From Eledone cirrhosa (lineage: Eukaryota), in assembly GCA_964016885.1 (NCBI GenBank), contig OZ024740.1, positions 103,912,001 through 103,976,000 on the forward strand: DNA of 64,000 bases, given 5' to 3'. A model generated the notes under the pieces. It was not told where the DNA came from. It did no database searches and worked only from the letters and a program-made list of their open reading frames with translations. Each line of letters begins with the position of its first letter. Positions within the stretch are counted from its first letter, which is position 1. Both the position numbers and the translations under genes were made by a program. Shown piece by piece: positions 24,786-38,259 of this stretch.

Positions 24786-26318
24786 TTAGATTGAAGGATA
24801 TATTTTAGACAACAAGGATACATAATAGATTTTCAGAATGTTTTTTTCTTATGAGGAGGAAGAAGGAGACTATATCTATAACCTTTTGGGATTCAAATAA
24901 AATGCGAGATAGGGATAGCTGGGGAGGTTGGCCGGTAATGTTTGGTTTCAATGCTCATAAATGTGTGGCTAGGGGAGGGTGAAAGAGATAGGATTTCAGA
25001 AATCAGTAGTTACATGGTTATGGAATATTAATAAAGGTCTGGATAGGAGAGTGATAGAGAAAGATGAAGGAAGAAGGGTTCATCGGTGCAGATAGTGAGC
25101 TTAGGAGCATGGGGTTGTTAATTTCAGAAGACAATAATATGCATTTAAATTGTTCTTATGTGTGTAATCTTCTTCATCATTGTTTAAATGTCTGCTTTTC
25201 CAAACTGCATATGTTTAATGAAACTTATGGAGGCAATATTTGAAGTCCAGATATCCTTCCTGATGCCAACTCTTTTTTTTTTTGTCAGTAAAATACTTGT
25301 TCCATTGAACTTCACATGAAGTAGTGAACTGCATACATACAATGGGCTTCTCCACAGTTTCCATCTGTTAGTATTATTTGCAAAGCTTTGGTCAGCCTAA
25401 GGCTGTAGTGGAAGACGTATGGCCAAGGTGCTATGTAGTTGGATCCTACCTTAAACTATATAGTTGTGAGGTGAACTTCTTAACCACACTGTGGATAACA
25501 TCATGTTTCATTTTGCTTTTACAATTAAAAACAAACAAAACACAGCTGATAAAGAAATTTTTTGGAAAGCTGGCAAATGATTTTTTTGTCATTATTGGTT
25601 TTATAATTGCTTATTTCTGCTGGAACAAGCTAGATAGGGTTCTCTACATCCTTATATCTAACAGCAAGTGAACAATCTGAGTGAATTGGCAGAATCATTA
25701 GGGCAGTGGATTAAATGCCTCCGTATTTATTCTAGCTCAAATTGTGCCATGGTTAACTTTACCTTTTATCCTTTCAGGGTCAATAAATAAAGGATCAATT
25801 AAGGAGCTGTGGATTGGTGGAATTGTTAAACAGCCAGATAAGATGCTTTGTGATATCTGTTCTGGCTCTGCATGTTCTAAGTTCAAATCCCACCACCTGT
25901 CACCATAAAAGCAGTGACACACCTACAAGGAATTGTGACTAGCAGATAGTATCAGCAATGGTATTGCCAATAGAAACATAGTTTACTTGGTTTGGCCTGG
26001 GGAACAGCTCCTTACTTTTGTTTCCCATACATCCTTAAACTTGCATTTATGTTTCTTGAGGTTTTGGCTGACTCCCTGCCACCTAAATAAAATGTTCAAG
26101 TTCTTTCTATCACCAACTATTTGAACATTAGCAGAAGAAAATATCTTCTAGGATGTCACAGACTTCTCACCGCAAGACTTTAGAATACATAGGTGTTCTT
26201 TCCATGTATTTAAAAAGAAAAACCTTTTCTCAACAGATTGAAATATGAAATATTTTTATAAATATTTAAGTAAAGTTGATAAGAGAAGAGAAGACTGTAT
26301 AAATAACATTTATTTCTA

Positions 26319-26444
<126 letters not shown>

Positions 26445-27109
26445 TTAAACAGAGAGCATGGCAAATTAGAAAAACAACATTAAATGAGGCATAAGCTGTG
26501 AGTTCAAGGTATGGGACTATTGATCACATAGTCATGAGATCAAACCATACCACAGTCAATATGTGTATCTCTGGGCAAGGTATAAAACTATCTTCATCTG
26601 CCTGACTGATTAAAGGCATATCTTTGTACTTTTCTATAAAGGCATACAGCCATAAATCACTCTATAGCGGCATGATGAAAAATGTTTCAAACTGCACCCC
26701 TCCCCATAAATAATAATAATGAATATACATAAAGTATATAAAGAAAACATAACCATAGTCATGCTAGCAAGGACAAATGGAGATAAAACTGAAAAAAAAA
26801 AAAAAAGGTCTGCTCCAAATCCCCCCACCCCCACCCCCACAAAAAAAACAAAAAAAAACAATAATAATATGGAATACCATTTAAGTAGTAACTATTTGAT
26901 AATAAACAAAAATATATTTTAACACCATGTCAAGTAACAGATATTCCTTTCTCATCACTGTATCAATTTTGTTTGATCTAATAGGGCTAAAATGTAATAA
27001 TATTTGTAACATGTTGAGGTTAGGTATCAAACATTACAAACCCTGAACACACTCTATGGCATCTATGACAATTGTAATATAGTATTTCTAATGTAGAAAT
27101 ATTATTCCG

Positions 27110-27400
27110 AGCTGTTATGAATTTTTATGGAACATTGATTCATTCAGAGATGGCTGTTATAACGATTTTTAAAAGTTGTTTTGTGATTTGCTTGGAGATT
27201 GCTGTTCTAAATTATACAGGGCTTGTCATTTATATAGAGATGATTGTTGTTATGAAGTTTTATAGGGTTTGTGATTCATACAAGGATAGCTGTTACTATA
27301 AAGATTTATAGAACTTGTGATTCATACAAGGATGGCTGTTATCAAAGATTTATAGGGCTTGTGATTTATATATGTTGAGATTGCAGAGATGGCTTTTGTA
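27110..27400. repeat. Degenerate ~42-bp minisatellite
   Basis: Units like ttgtgattcatacaaggatggctgttatcaaagatttatagggc. Confidence 0.75.
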
Positions 27401-28884
27401 ATCTTCCTACTAACATTTTTAAACTTAAGAAATGATACTGGGAATGAAGGAATATTGTTAAAGTAAATGGCTGCATCCTTCAGAAAAGGTAATATATGAT
27501 ATTCCCTCCCCTACAACTCTTATCATTATTATCATAGTCTATTTCAATTTTTTTATGCTACCTAATGTTTTTGATGGAATTAGGGCCTATTCTTGGATAT
27601 GAGAGAGAGAGAGAAAGAGAGATCATGAAAAATGAAAAATGTGTCAGGACATTAATGTGGTGCAAAAAATAAATTACAAGTTATATATATATATATATAT
27701 TACTTTTGGTATATACTTATAAAGTTGCTCATCCCTAATTCGCAAGTGTAATGATTTACATGGCCATATACGAGTTAAAAAAATAATATAATATAATATA
27801 TGTATATATGTTAGGTCGCTCTTCAGTGCTACTGGTAACATGTAACCCAGTACAACCTGTGCATGGTCGGCGACTAAACTGCCAACCCCACCAAGTTTGT
27901 TTAGTGAGGTGGGGGGGATTTTGGGCAAACTGCGATTTGAAAAACAAGACCCCGTCAAAGGGCGGAGGAACTCAGGAGATTCAACAGCCATCCAATCAAA
28001 GATTTTAATTTTTTTGTAGAGTGAGAAACTCCAAGTCTTCATTAAGACACCTCTAAAGGAGAAGGTCACTGATATAAAACCTGCAACTTCATTTGCATCC
28101 AATAATATAAACCAGTTCTAATTTTGGGGTAAATGCATCTGATGTTCAGAGAGCGGGATTGGCCCTGTGCAAAGCCTTTCCTCACTTAAAAAATCTTCAA
28201 GCACAGGCACCTCTTGATATGAGACATTTTTTTCAATGCATGGCATGGCTGGCCATAGGCAAGTCCCTAGCAGGACTAAAAAGCCATGTCTGTGATGCTC
28301 ATGGTTAAGTATCAAGCGATAGCCTTACTCGAAATCGAGTTACAGCCATTATGTATATATGTATGTTCCATTTATCTATTCACGTGAAAACTAATTATTA
28401 TCGTGGCCTCTGAACTAATTATTGTTTTGCTTCCTGCTTTTTACACTTCTCTCTATGTATATCATTTAACCACCACTGAAATTCTTCTAACAATTACAAG
28501 ATATAATAATAGTATTATTAATAATAATGATGTACTGCCTTTTACACAATCTTTCACAACTTTGCACGTAAAACCTGCATTGAGTACCCCTCTTCGGGAT
28601 GTGCTTGCCTATGTCCAGCATTTGATACTCTTTATGTTCTTAAACATTGTATTTGGTTAAATTTTATCCCTTTTTGTAATTCCTGATGATATGCGGATGT
28701 TATATGTATTATTATGTTTTTTGTAAATAATTGTTGAATAATTGTTTCTGATTAACTTATTGTTTACATATGCCTGTACCATTATCAGTTGTATTGAAAT
28801 GAACATAAACATTTAAAAAATGGATTTAAATTGTTAACGATGGTTTGTTTTTTTACTATATATATGTATGTGTGTGTGTGTGTG

Positions 28885-30330
28885 TGTATAGGGAGGTATA
28901 TCATCAACTGTTACAAGAGCAGATGTGATGCACTAAAGAAGAGAAACTACAGAGGTTTAACATTGCTGGAACAGGTTATTGAAACAATTATTTCAAAATT
29001 GATCAGGGGCATAATTAAAGCAGATAACATAGTTCGGTTCTGTGCCAAAAAGCTGAGCTAGCAATACTAGCATTTTAGAGACAACTGCAGGAAAATTACT
29101 TAGCTCGGAATAAGCCCCTACACATAGCTTTTGTAAATCTGGAGAAAAACATTCAATAGCGTTCTTTGCACTATGATTTGGGGGTTGAACACAGCTATGG
29201 ATAAATGATTGGTTTGTAAGAGCCATACAAGCTATGTACATAGGTAAAATTATCAGAGTGAGAGTTGGAAATCAAGTCAGCAATAAATTTAGCATGCAAA
29301 TAGGGGTTCACCTAGGTTTAGTTTTCATACCTCTAGCATGCAGATAGGGTCCACCTAGGTTTAATTCTCATCCATCTAACATGCAGATAGGGGTTCACCA
29401 ATATTTAGTTCTCATCCATCTGCTGTTTATTATATCCCTGTAGGCTACATAGGTTCAGACTGACTGTTTGTGGAAACTCATGTGTTGATAACCTGAATCT
29501 CTAGATGATTTGGAGAAGAAATTCTAGATCTCAAAGTAAATTTGGCAAATGCCAATATTTTATGGAATAGCAAAGAAGTACGATCAAGGAATTTCCCATG
29601 CTATATATGAAGGAAAGGAATGGGTAGAAATTTCATATGATGTACTCAGTGTAAACTAAGGCCACACAAGAAGTGTTTGGGGATTACAAGCAGGCTGACA
29701 GAAATAGTAGACATATGTAACAGATGCACAGGAATGGTTAGTAATAAGAGTACAAGTAATATTAATTCCATTAAATGATCAGAAGATTGACTGTGATTAG
29801 TTGGTAGCTTCTGTTACAAAAGTGACCTAAATAAAAGTAAAGGTGGGTACACTGAAAGCATAGTAAACAGAATAATGAAGGGATGGAAGATGTTTTGGGA
29901 GTTGCTACCTCTGCAAGCAACAACAGATTTTTTGTTAGAGTGAAACAAGTGAAGTTTGGCATTAGGAAGATCATTTGGTTGTAGAATTCTGTTGCAAAAA
30001 ATCTCATTCAAACCATACTAGCATGGATTAACTGATGCGAAAGTGATGATGATGAGTAAAGGGCAGAATATGAAGTATCTATGATAACTGGAAAGGAATA
30101 AGGCAACTATGCTTTGTTGAATGTGTAATGCACTGAAAATTGCACTGGTATGGGCATGTAATGTATACGGAGGATATCGCCAAGTGCTTGAAGTAGATGG
30201 AACCTGCAGATGTTGGAGATCTAAGAAGACAGAACAAAATGGTGAAGACTGACTTCAAGAAGTTGAACCTCTTGAAGGAGATATCAAAAGATAGCAATGC
30301 TTGATGACACATGGTAAAGAATCATCCTCA
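28885..30330 (+). mobile_element. Old degraded RTE LINE (RT to C-terminus)
   Basis: INCYK..DAL...NYRGLTLL plus remnants of FVDLEK, GVHQG and LHWYGHV. Confidence 0.8.
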
Positions 30331-31614
30331 GATGAAAGCAAGGTAAAATGGTCGTTAGTATATTCTTGTTAATTATTTATTTTGATCTACTGCTGTATTT
30401 GTTACCCTTTATTCTATTCAGACTTAGGGCACTTCTAGACATGTCAGAGGAGAACATCACACTTTCATGCTGCAATTTTTGGTATAGTTTCTATATATGA
30501 ATATCCATTTTCACATCAAACACTTAACAGAGTGTACTGTGTGTATCCTATTATAGCACCAGCATTCAAAGGCATGATTTGGTCTCAACATGACTAAAGA
30601 AGGTTCCTCCTAGATTGTCATACATTGTCTCTGTAAAGAGGCTAGAAGTTGAATAAAGTGCAGAGTGTATTTTATTATGGCACCAACACAAGAGAGATTT
30701 ATTTGCCTCCTACATGGAAAAAGAGTGCCTTGTACTCTATAACAACTCTGTTTATTCAAGGCAAATGTGCCCAAGGGTGTGATTTGCAAGGGAGTGATGG
30801 TTGAGAAGTTAAGTGAATATGTGTGGAAAAGAAAGAGACAGTGACAAAATAATAAAGGAAGGAGAGTGATTATTATGTTAATTTGTGGTAACTGTTCTGT
30901 TTTATTGAATTCTGTGTTGAAATTCCACATCCTGTCCAGCTTGCACTTGACTGGTGTGGGCAGGTCAGATTAAAACCAGCATAGACACACACACACACAC
31001 ACACACACATGTATACCCCTCAGATTTTTGTGATATCAGCCACCATTTGTTCTTATCCAAGTTTTTTACTTTTGACATCCATCACTCTCACTAGTAACAC
31101 ACTATTTTCTATCACACAAGTATGTAGGTGTCATCAGTGTCTAACTTCCATTTCTCCCTACCATAACTGTCTTTCTTACATTATTTGTCATCTCACCTCA
31201 ATTACTGTTTCTCTCATCATATTCTCATTCATTTCATCCACTCACCTCGACTGATAGACACAATATACAGTAGAAAGTACTCTTTAGCCTTGTAAGATAC
31301 ACCAAAACTTCACTGGTGCTGGTAGCACAATGAAATGCATACAATACATTCTGTAAAGTGGTTGATATTAAGGACATACAATCATAGAAAACATACCAAA
31401 AATGAAATGTGCAAGCAAGAAAGGAACCCTTGACCAATCTCTGAGGTGAGTAACACCAAATAAAACTGACTTAGATCAAGATAAATGATCCACCCAATGC
31501 TGGCAGGGAAAAGCGGATGTAAAATGATGATGATGATGATGCATGTATATGTTGAACTTACACCGAAAAGGGCACCAGTTTTTCAAACAATGCAAAAGCT
31601 TCCTCTGAAATTAA

Positions 31615-31862
31615 GGTGCAAGTGGTTGAGCATTGCCCAGACACATCAACCCTTAATGTAGTTCTCAGGGAGATTCAGTGCGACCATATGTGACAAGGTT
31701 GGCCCTTTGAATTATAGATACAATTCATTTTTTCTAGCTGAGTGGACTGGAACAACATGAAATAAAGTGTCTTGCCTAATGACACTGTGTTGCTGGGAAT
31801 CAAACTCATAACGTTACGATTGTGGATTGAACACCCTAGCCACTAAGCCATGTGCCTTCATT
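31615..31862 (-). mobile_element. tRNA-head SINE
   Basis: Reverse-complement homolog of 46810-47105; A/B-box-like head tggcttagtgg...gagtttgattccc. Confidence 0.7.
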
Positions 31863-31867
31863 TACTT

Positions 31868-31900
<33 letters not shown>

Positions 31901-31947
31901 CTACCGTCCGAAACGATAAGAGTTTTTTCTTATTATATTGAGCGTAA

Positions 31948-31987
<40 letters not shown>

Positions 31988-32109
31988 CATATACACACAC
32001 AAATATGTATATATAAATATACACACACATATGTATATATAAATACACGCACACACATACATATATATAAAACACATATATATACACAAACATGTACATA
32101 CACACACAC

Positions 32110-32167
<58 letters not shown>

Positions 32168-32168
<1 letters not shown>

Positions 32169-32905
32169 TAGCTAAACTACCCGTCCTTTGGACGGTTCAA
32201 GTAGCTTTCGATGTAGCTCATTAAACTAAACAAAGTAAATTTGAATGCATAGAAGAAAAACGTACTTTATATAAACATGAAAACCTTAGGCACTATTCCA
32301 GCAAAATAATTAATATGTGAGCTCGGTGTCATCCGTTATACCATGTAACAACAGAAATCCAGTTTAGATACAAATTTTTTTGACAACAGTTAAACTGCAT
32401 CATGAAATAGAGAAGTGAAGTGAATAATAGACACTATTATTTACAAGCATAATATTGTAAAAGTTATGACATCACTTAATGTATGAACATCAAGCTTGAA
32501 ACGATAAATTATACAATGTCAAATCTATAACTTAACTTAGTAATCTGTTAGAAATTGCTGGTTGTGAAATGTACAAAATGATATTGTTAGTCTCAAGGAA
32601 GCGTACCTTTTGTTTCAAGTACAAAGAGTAAATTAAAATCCGAATGAGCCGAATTACGAAAGATAACTCTTGTCTTACTTAATCACGGAAATTGACACAA
32701 ACAACCAAAACTTTTTTAATGTCTCCAAAGGCCCCAATATCGATTTTTGAGAGCCTTTGTAGATCATGTACAGGTTTTGTGCAAGGAGAAGCTCTGTAAA
32801 AAATTTCAAAGAAGTCGCATGTATGGTTTAGAATATATGAGCCCTCATTAAAAATTGTCCACACACACACATACAGAAAACTTTGTCTTTATATATATAT
32901 ACAGA
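32168..32905 (-). mobile_element. Non-autonomous Helitron
   Basis: Minus strand starts TC and ends CTAG between A and T; subterminal hairpin ccgtcc-ttt-ggacgg (32181-32195). Confidence 0.7.
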
Positions 32906-32914
32906 TATGTGTGT

Positions 32915-35640
32915 GTGTGGTATGCATGGAGTATGGGATACATAGAGTAGGCATACCATTAGCAGGGAAATGGATAGATAAGATAATTGAGGTAGGCAGA
33001 GTCAGTAATATAACTACTAAACTTAGGTTAGTCATAGGAAAATTAAAAGCAACAGTTACCTCTGTATATGCATACCACAAACAGGCTAGCAGATAAGCAA
33101 AAGGGCTATTTTTATGAAGGTCTTCTGCAGACTACATTGATAATAAATGACTGATAATAAATCACAGCTTGTAATTTAAATGGGCATGTTGGGTGACACT
33201 GGTGGCATCAGCAGTGTACATAGACGCTACAGGTATAATGTGAGAAATGAGGGATCAAGGCTTCTAGAGTTATGTGATGCAAATGACATAATCAGTTGCA
33301 ATACAAAACTCAGAAGACCAACCAGTCAGCCACCTGATCACCTATCAATTATATGAATACACAAACCAGACAGATTATATTCTCATCAACAAACAGGATA
33401 GGTAGATGGTGGTAAATACTAAGTTTCTCCCTGGTGAAGAATGTACCACCCAACAGATCTGAATTATTAGTAATTTTAGAGTAAAGAGCAAGAGAGATAG
33501 AGAGACAAAAGACAATTTAATGAAGGAAGGCATGGAAGCTATAAGACAACTAAACCAATAGCAAATTTAGAAAAGTTATACCTAAAGTTTATTCCAGAAG
33601 GGAAGAGGTGACAGAGATTTAAAGCATAGAGGAAAATTGGGAGTTTCCATGTGATATGCTGAAAGTTACAGACCAGCTCTGTGACATTGTAATGGAATAG
33701 TAGTGTAATAGAATTATAAAAGCTAAGAGACAGGCCAAGGAAGATTGGAATAATAGTAGAAGCAGGTACATAGCTAGAGAAGAAGTTAAATGTTTGCACA
33801 AGCCCTGCAATGTGAAATTTAGCGGTACTAGATGTTCTGGATTGCAAGACTGTGCTATAGAAAATAAAGACTTCTTTGGGGAAAAGTGCATTTGAAATGA
33901 TAGCAGTGCACTTGCCTCCTCTGATGCTGAAAAGAAACAATCATGGAAGTGTCATTATGTAGAAAGAAAAAAGGAATGGATGCAAGGGACATTGGACCTG
34001 ACAGTAGTATGGTATAATAGATAAAGCAATTAATGATATGAAGGCAATTAAGGCAGCTTGACTATCAGATATAATAACAGAAATGTTAAAAATATCTGGC
34101 ATGGTAGGTTGTATGTTAGTCAATCAGGTAGTATAGTATGGTGTGACACTCAATGACATGCATAGCAACAGCATCAACTGATACAAGAGCAAAGGGGATA
34201 TGCTCAAGGGAGGAAACTGTAGAGGCATTAAGTTGGTGGACCAGATCATGAATTACTGAGTTATAGAATGACTGATGAAGCACAAAATTAACCTGGAAGA
34301 GATGCAGTTTGATTTTGTGTCCAAACTGAAGTACTACCATTGCATCTTTTTGAGAGCCAAAAGTAAGTCACTTTACTTTGATTTGACAATGTGGTGAATG
34401 GCTTTGACAGGATACTTCTCTATGTAATGTAGTGGGTACTAAGGAAACTAGTAGATGAATGGCTTGTGAGGACCGTGCAGACCATGTACAGAAGTGCAGT
34501 CAGTAAAATGAAACCCGACAAATGTGTATAGAGGTGAATTTAGCCAGTAAGTAGTGGTCCATCATGGCCCCCTTCAGTTTATCATAGTCCTCCAGGAAAT
34601 AACAGTAGTTTAAGATTGGCTATCCATAGGAACTCTGCACTGATGACCTAGTTATCATAGCTCAATCTGTTGTAGAGTTAGAGATGAAATTCTAGACATG
34701 GATGCAAAATATGGAACCAAAAGGTCTCAAATAAACTTAGCAAAGACTAAAGGTTTAGTAAGTAGGAAAGAAGAAAGACCTTTGATACAACCAGAGAAAT
34801 AGCTATGTTCAATATACAAAAAAAGGGTAGGTATTAATTCCATAATTACATCCAGCATGAATTATGGACACACCAGAGATGTAGTAAGGTCACAGATAAT
34901 CTAGCAAAGGATGTAGATGTTTTATGCCCAAGAGTGCTAAGAAGTAAGATTACATATAAAGTAAACTCTCTCGAATGGCTTCTTAGAAGTAGACAATAGA
35001 TTTTGTTTTGTTATCTAGGTGACTAAATTAGTACTAGATATGGGTATTTTGAAAGTGTAGTAACTAGGGTAAGTAAGAACCAGTTTGAAAAAGTTCAAAG
35101 AGCTATTATATCTGCTGGAAACAAGTCGTTTCTTTCCCAGAGTGAAGGGCAAATTGTATGATGTTTGCATCATCATCATCATCATCATCGTTTAACGTCC
35201 ATGTTCCACGCTTGCATGGGTTTGGACGGGAGTTTTCCCACTTGAGGCAAGAGTGGTTGTCATTGCTCGCATAGGACTGTCTGGTGGGTTTTCTACAGCT
35301 GGATGCCCTTCCTAACACCAACCACATTTACTGTAATACTGCATGGTAATGAGATAAGGGTTTCAAATTTAGGGGATTTGTGAAGACTAAAAAGAAATGA
35401 CATGAGCATGCCCCAGTGGATATATAATGTTGAATAAGTGCAAATAAACTCAGAGAAAAAATCATCGACATAATAGGAATCCAATGTAGTATCCAAGAAA
35501 GAACACTGCATTTGTATCATCATGTGATGCATATGGATGATGACACTTGTGCAAGACAACCAAAGTGGATAGAACCTGTGGAAAGGAAAATGTAGAAAAA
35601 CAGAGTGAAAAGGTGAAGATTGACATAAGGAGCTAAACCA
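32915..35640 (+). mobile_element. Old near-full-length degraded RTE LINE (endonuclease + RT), interrupted by a younger RTE 3' tail at 35168-35330 (-)
   Basis: GVGI.LA.KWID, SVYA, NGHVG, DYIL, MQFDF and GKLYD remnants. The insert is homologous to 16137-16290. Confidence 0.8.
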
Positions 35641-36289
35641 ATGGAAATGACAAAGGATTACAATAATTAATGATATACTATTCATTAGAGAATTTGTCAA
35701 GTTTCAAAGGGTCACCTCTAACCTATGATGCCTTGGTTTCTTTGTCGACAACTATACAGGAACTACAGAGTGAATTTCATCAAGTTACCAACACTAAAGA
35801 GGTTGTCTCACCTATGGCTGGTTAATAAGGATCTCTCCAGTCCATATAGTCTCTAATCTTTCATCACATTTACTTTTAGCTTCATAATGCTTGTACTGGT
35901 GGGCAGGTCTTTTTTTTATACAGCAAGTCAAGTTCATAAGATTCAGTTTCTTTACAACTTTGTCTCATATTATTCTTTGTCTTCCTCTTCCATAGGCTCT
36001 GTTTACTTCAAGTGCTTAGCACTTTCTTTTACACAGCTCTTACTCTCCTTTTGCAAGAATGAAAGCATAATATATTTCTTAAATCTTTATAGTCTGTGTA
36101 GTGCTTGGAGTTAGGAAAATATTCCAGCTGAAGAAAGCATGACAAAACTGGATCACATCTTGCTTATATATATAAGCAAGATGTGGTCCTTCGACTGTAG
36201 CTCCAATTAAGAATTGACTTGATATGTGATAAACCATTCAACCCATGACAGCATAGAAAAACAGACATTGAATGATGATATGTTTATGT

Positions 36290-36500
36290 ATAAATATGGG
36301 CTAACAAGAAAAACATCAAATGTAAGTTTCAAGCACTTCAGTATCAGACCACCAACACAGCACATCATGGAGATACAGAACTGGAAGGAACCACAATACT
36401 AGAATCAGAAAATATACGAGACCTGGATACTGTAATGAGTAACAACACATCATTCCATGCACAAATTAAGAAAATAGCAAAAGCATGCAGAAGATTATAC
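36290..36500 (+). mobile_element. CR1/L2-group LINE RT C-terminal fragment
   Basis: ESENIRDLDTVMSNNTSFHAQIKKIAKACRRL resembles the RDLG...L.F..HI motif. Confidence 0.6.
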
Positions 36501-36857
36501 AATATATTATATGTATATAATATATATAATGTATATATTATATGTATATAATATATATTATATATATAATATATAATGTATATAATATATATATATATAT
36601 AATATACAATGTATATAATATATATATATATATAATATACAATGTATATAATATATATATATATATAATATATATATGTAAACCATAATAAAGTATATAA
36701 TATATATAATATATATATATATATATAATATATAATGTATATAATATATATATATAATATATATATGTAAACCATAATAAAGTATATAATATATATAATA
36801 TATAATGTATATAATATATATATATATAATATATATATATATATATAATATATATTT

Positions 36858-37327
36858 GTAAACCATAATAAAGTAAGGACTGCAGGACTGCATCCAGAAT
36901 ATATTTTTTTATCCAGTTTGTAAAATAAGTTGGATTACTTTGAATAAATAATGAATGAATATTACATAATTTATATACTAAATTTCGTGGCTGCTCTTTA
37001 AATATATTTTATTACTTATTTAAAGATTCACTTCTTTAAAATTTTCAAATATCAACACTTCTGGTTAGCGATCGCTGAAATAAACATTCATATATTTCCG
37101 TCACTAATTTTCTCCTAATGCAGTTTATATATAATATCGTCTTTTTTTAACGTACCATGGTTTGCGTTACTGATTACATAAGAGAGTGTAACACAGTCTT
37201 TGTTTAATTTCTGTGTATATTGTTAATTACGATTTTATTTGGTGTATCATATCTACTTGCGTATAATGTCAATATGCACACTACACATGCTACCAGAAAA
37301 CCACCCGAAGGGTGGTTTTTCTGCTAG
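36858..37327 (+). mobile_element. Non-autonomous Helitron, copy 1
   Basis: 3' hairpin cagaaaaccaccc-gaa-gggtggtttttctg followed by CTAG|T; homologous to 41080-41708. Confidence 0.75.
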
Positions 37328-37384
37328 TATATATAATATATATTATATTGAGTGTCATCCATCCGTCCATCCTTCCGTCACACA

Positions 37385-37665
37385 CCAGAGATGATTGAGG
37401 AAAGTAGGGGTGATGATGTCACGCATTAGAGATAACTAAGGAAGGAAGGGCCGAAGATGGCATGCACTAGAGAAGATTAAGAAAGGAAGGGATGATGACA
37501 TCACACACTAGAGATGATTGAGGAAAGAAGGGGTGATGATGTGACGCATTAGAGATGACTGAGAAAAGAAGGGGTGAGGATGTCACATACTAGAGATAAC
37601 TGAAGAAGGAAGGGATGATGACATCACGCACTAGAGATGACTGAAGAAGAGGTGATGACAAACTA
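37385..37665. repeat. ~40-bp purine-rich minisatellite, about 7 units
   Basis: Units like tagagatgattgaggaaagaaggggtgatgatgtcacgcac. Confidence 0.85.
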
Positions 37666-38080
37666 CAGAAAACAGCGTCTAACATTCACTACACTTGTGT
37701 GTGTTTGTGTGAGTGAGTGTGTATTTTTGTGAATTTATGCCAGTGTTTGCACATTTATAATAATATACTCATACACGCATCAGCATGTTGAAAAAAATTC
37801 TTGTATATATACAATGTATAATACTTATATATATATGTAATATATATATACAGTTTAGATGTGGATCACACATGTAAACTCACATATCTGAAGAGGTGTT
37901 GAAGAAGAGTTGGGCTTCGATCACCTTAATCACACTTGGGCTGATTGATATTGAAACAATTGTAATGTGCAAATAAAGTTTGCATATCTGACTTCAATTA
38001 TTTTCACTATATATAATATCATCATCATCATTTTACGTCCACTTTTCCCTGATTGCAAGATAATATATAAAATATATATA

Positions 38081-38157
<77 letters not shown>

Positions 38158-38259
38158 AAGAGAGAGATTGTAGAGATGCTGGAGCAGAAAAAAAATTGAT
38201 GTATGCTGTGTGCAAGAGACTAGATAGAGAGAAAATTCCTGGTCGGCAAAAAATAATTC

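Noticed and set aside
26020-26075. Possible cryptic exon between the two CaMKII exons
   Set aside because: No kinase similarity and would disrupt the catalytic domain; splice-like motifs are common in AT-rich DNA.
28680-28810. CTGATGA ... GAAA spaced like a long hammerhead
   Set aside because: No UH site or stem I after GAAA and a poor stem II; at most a heavily decayed relic.
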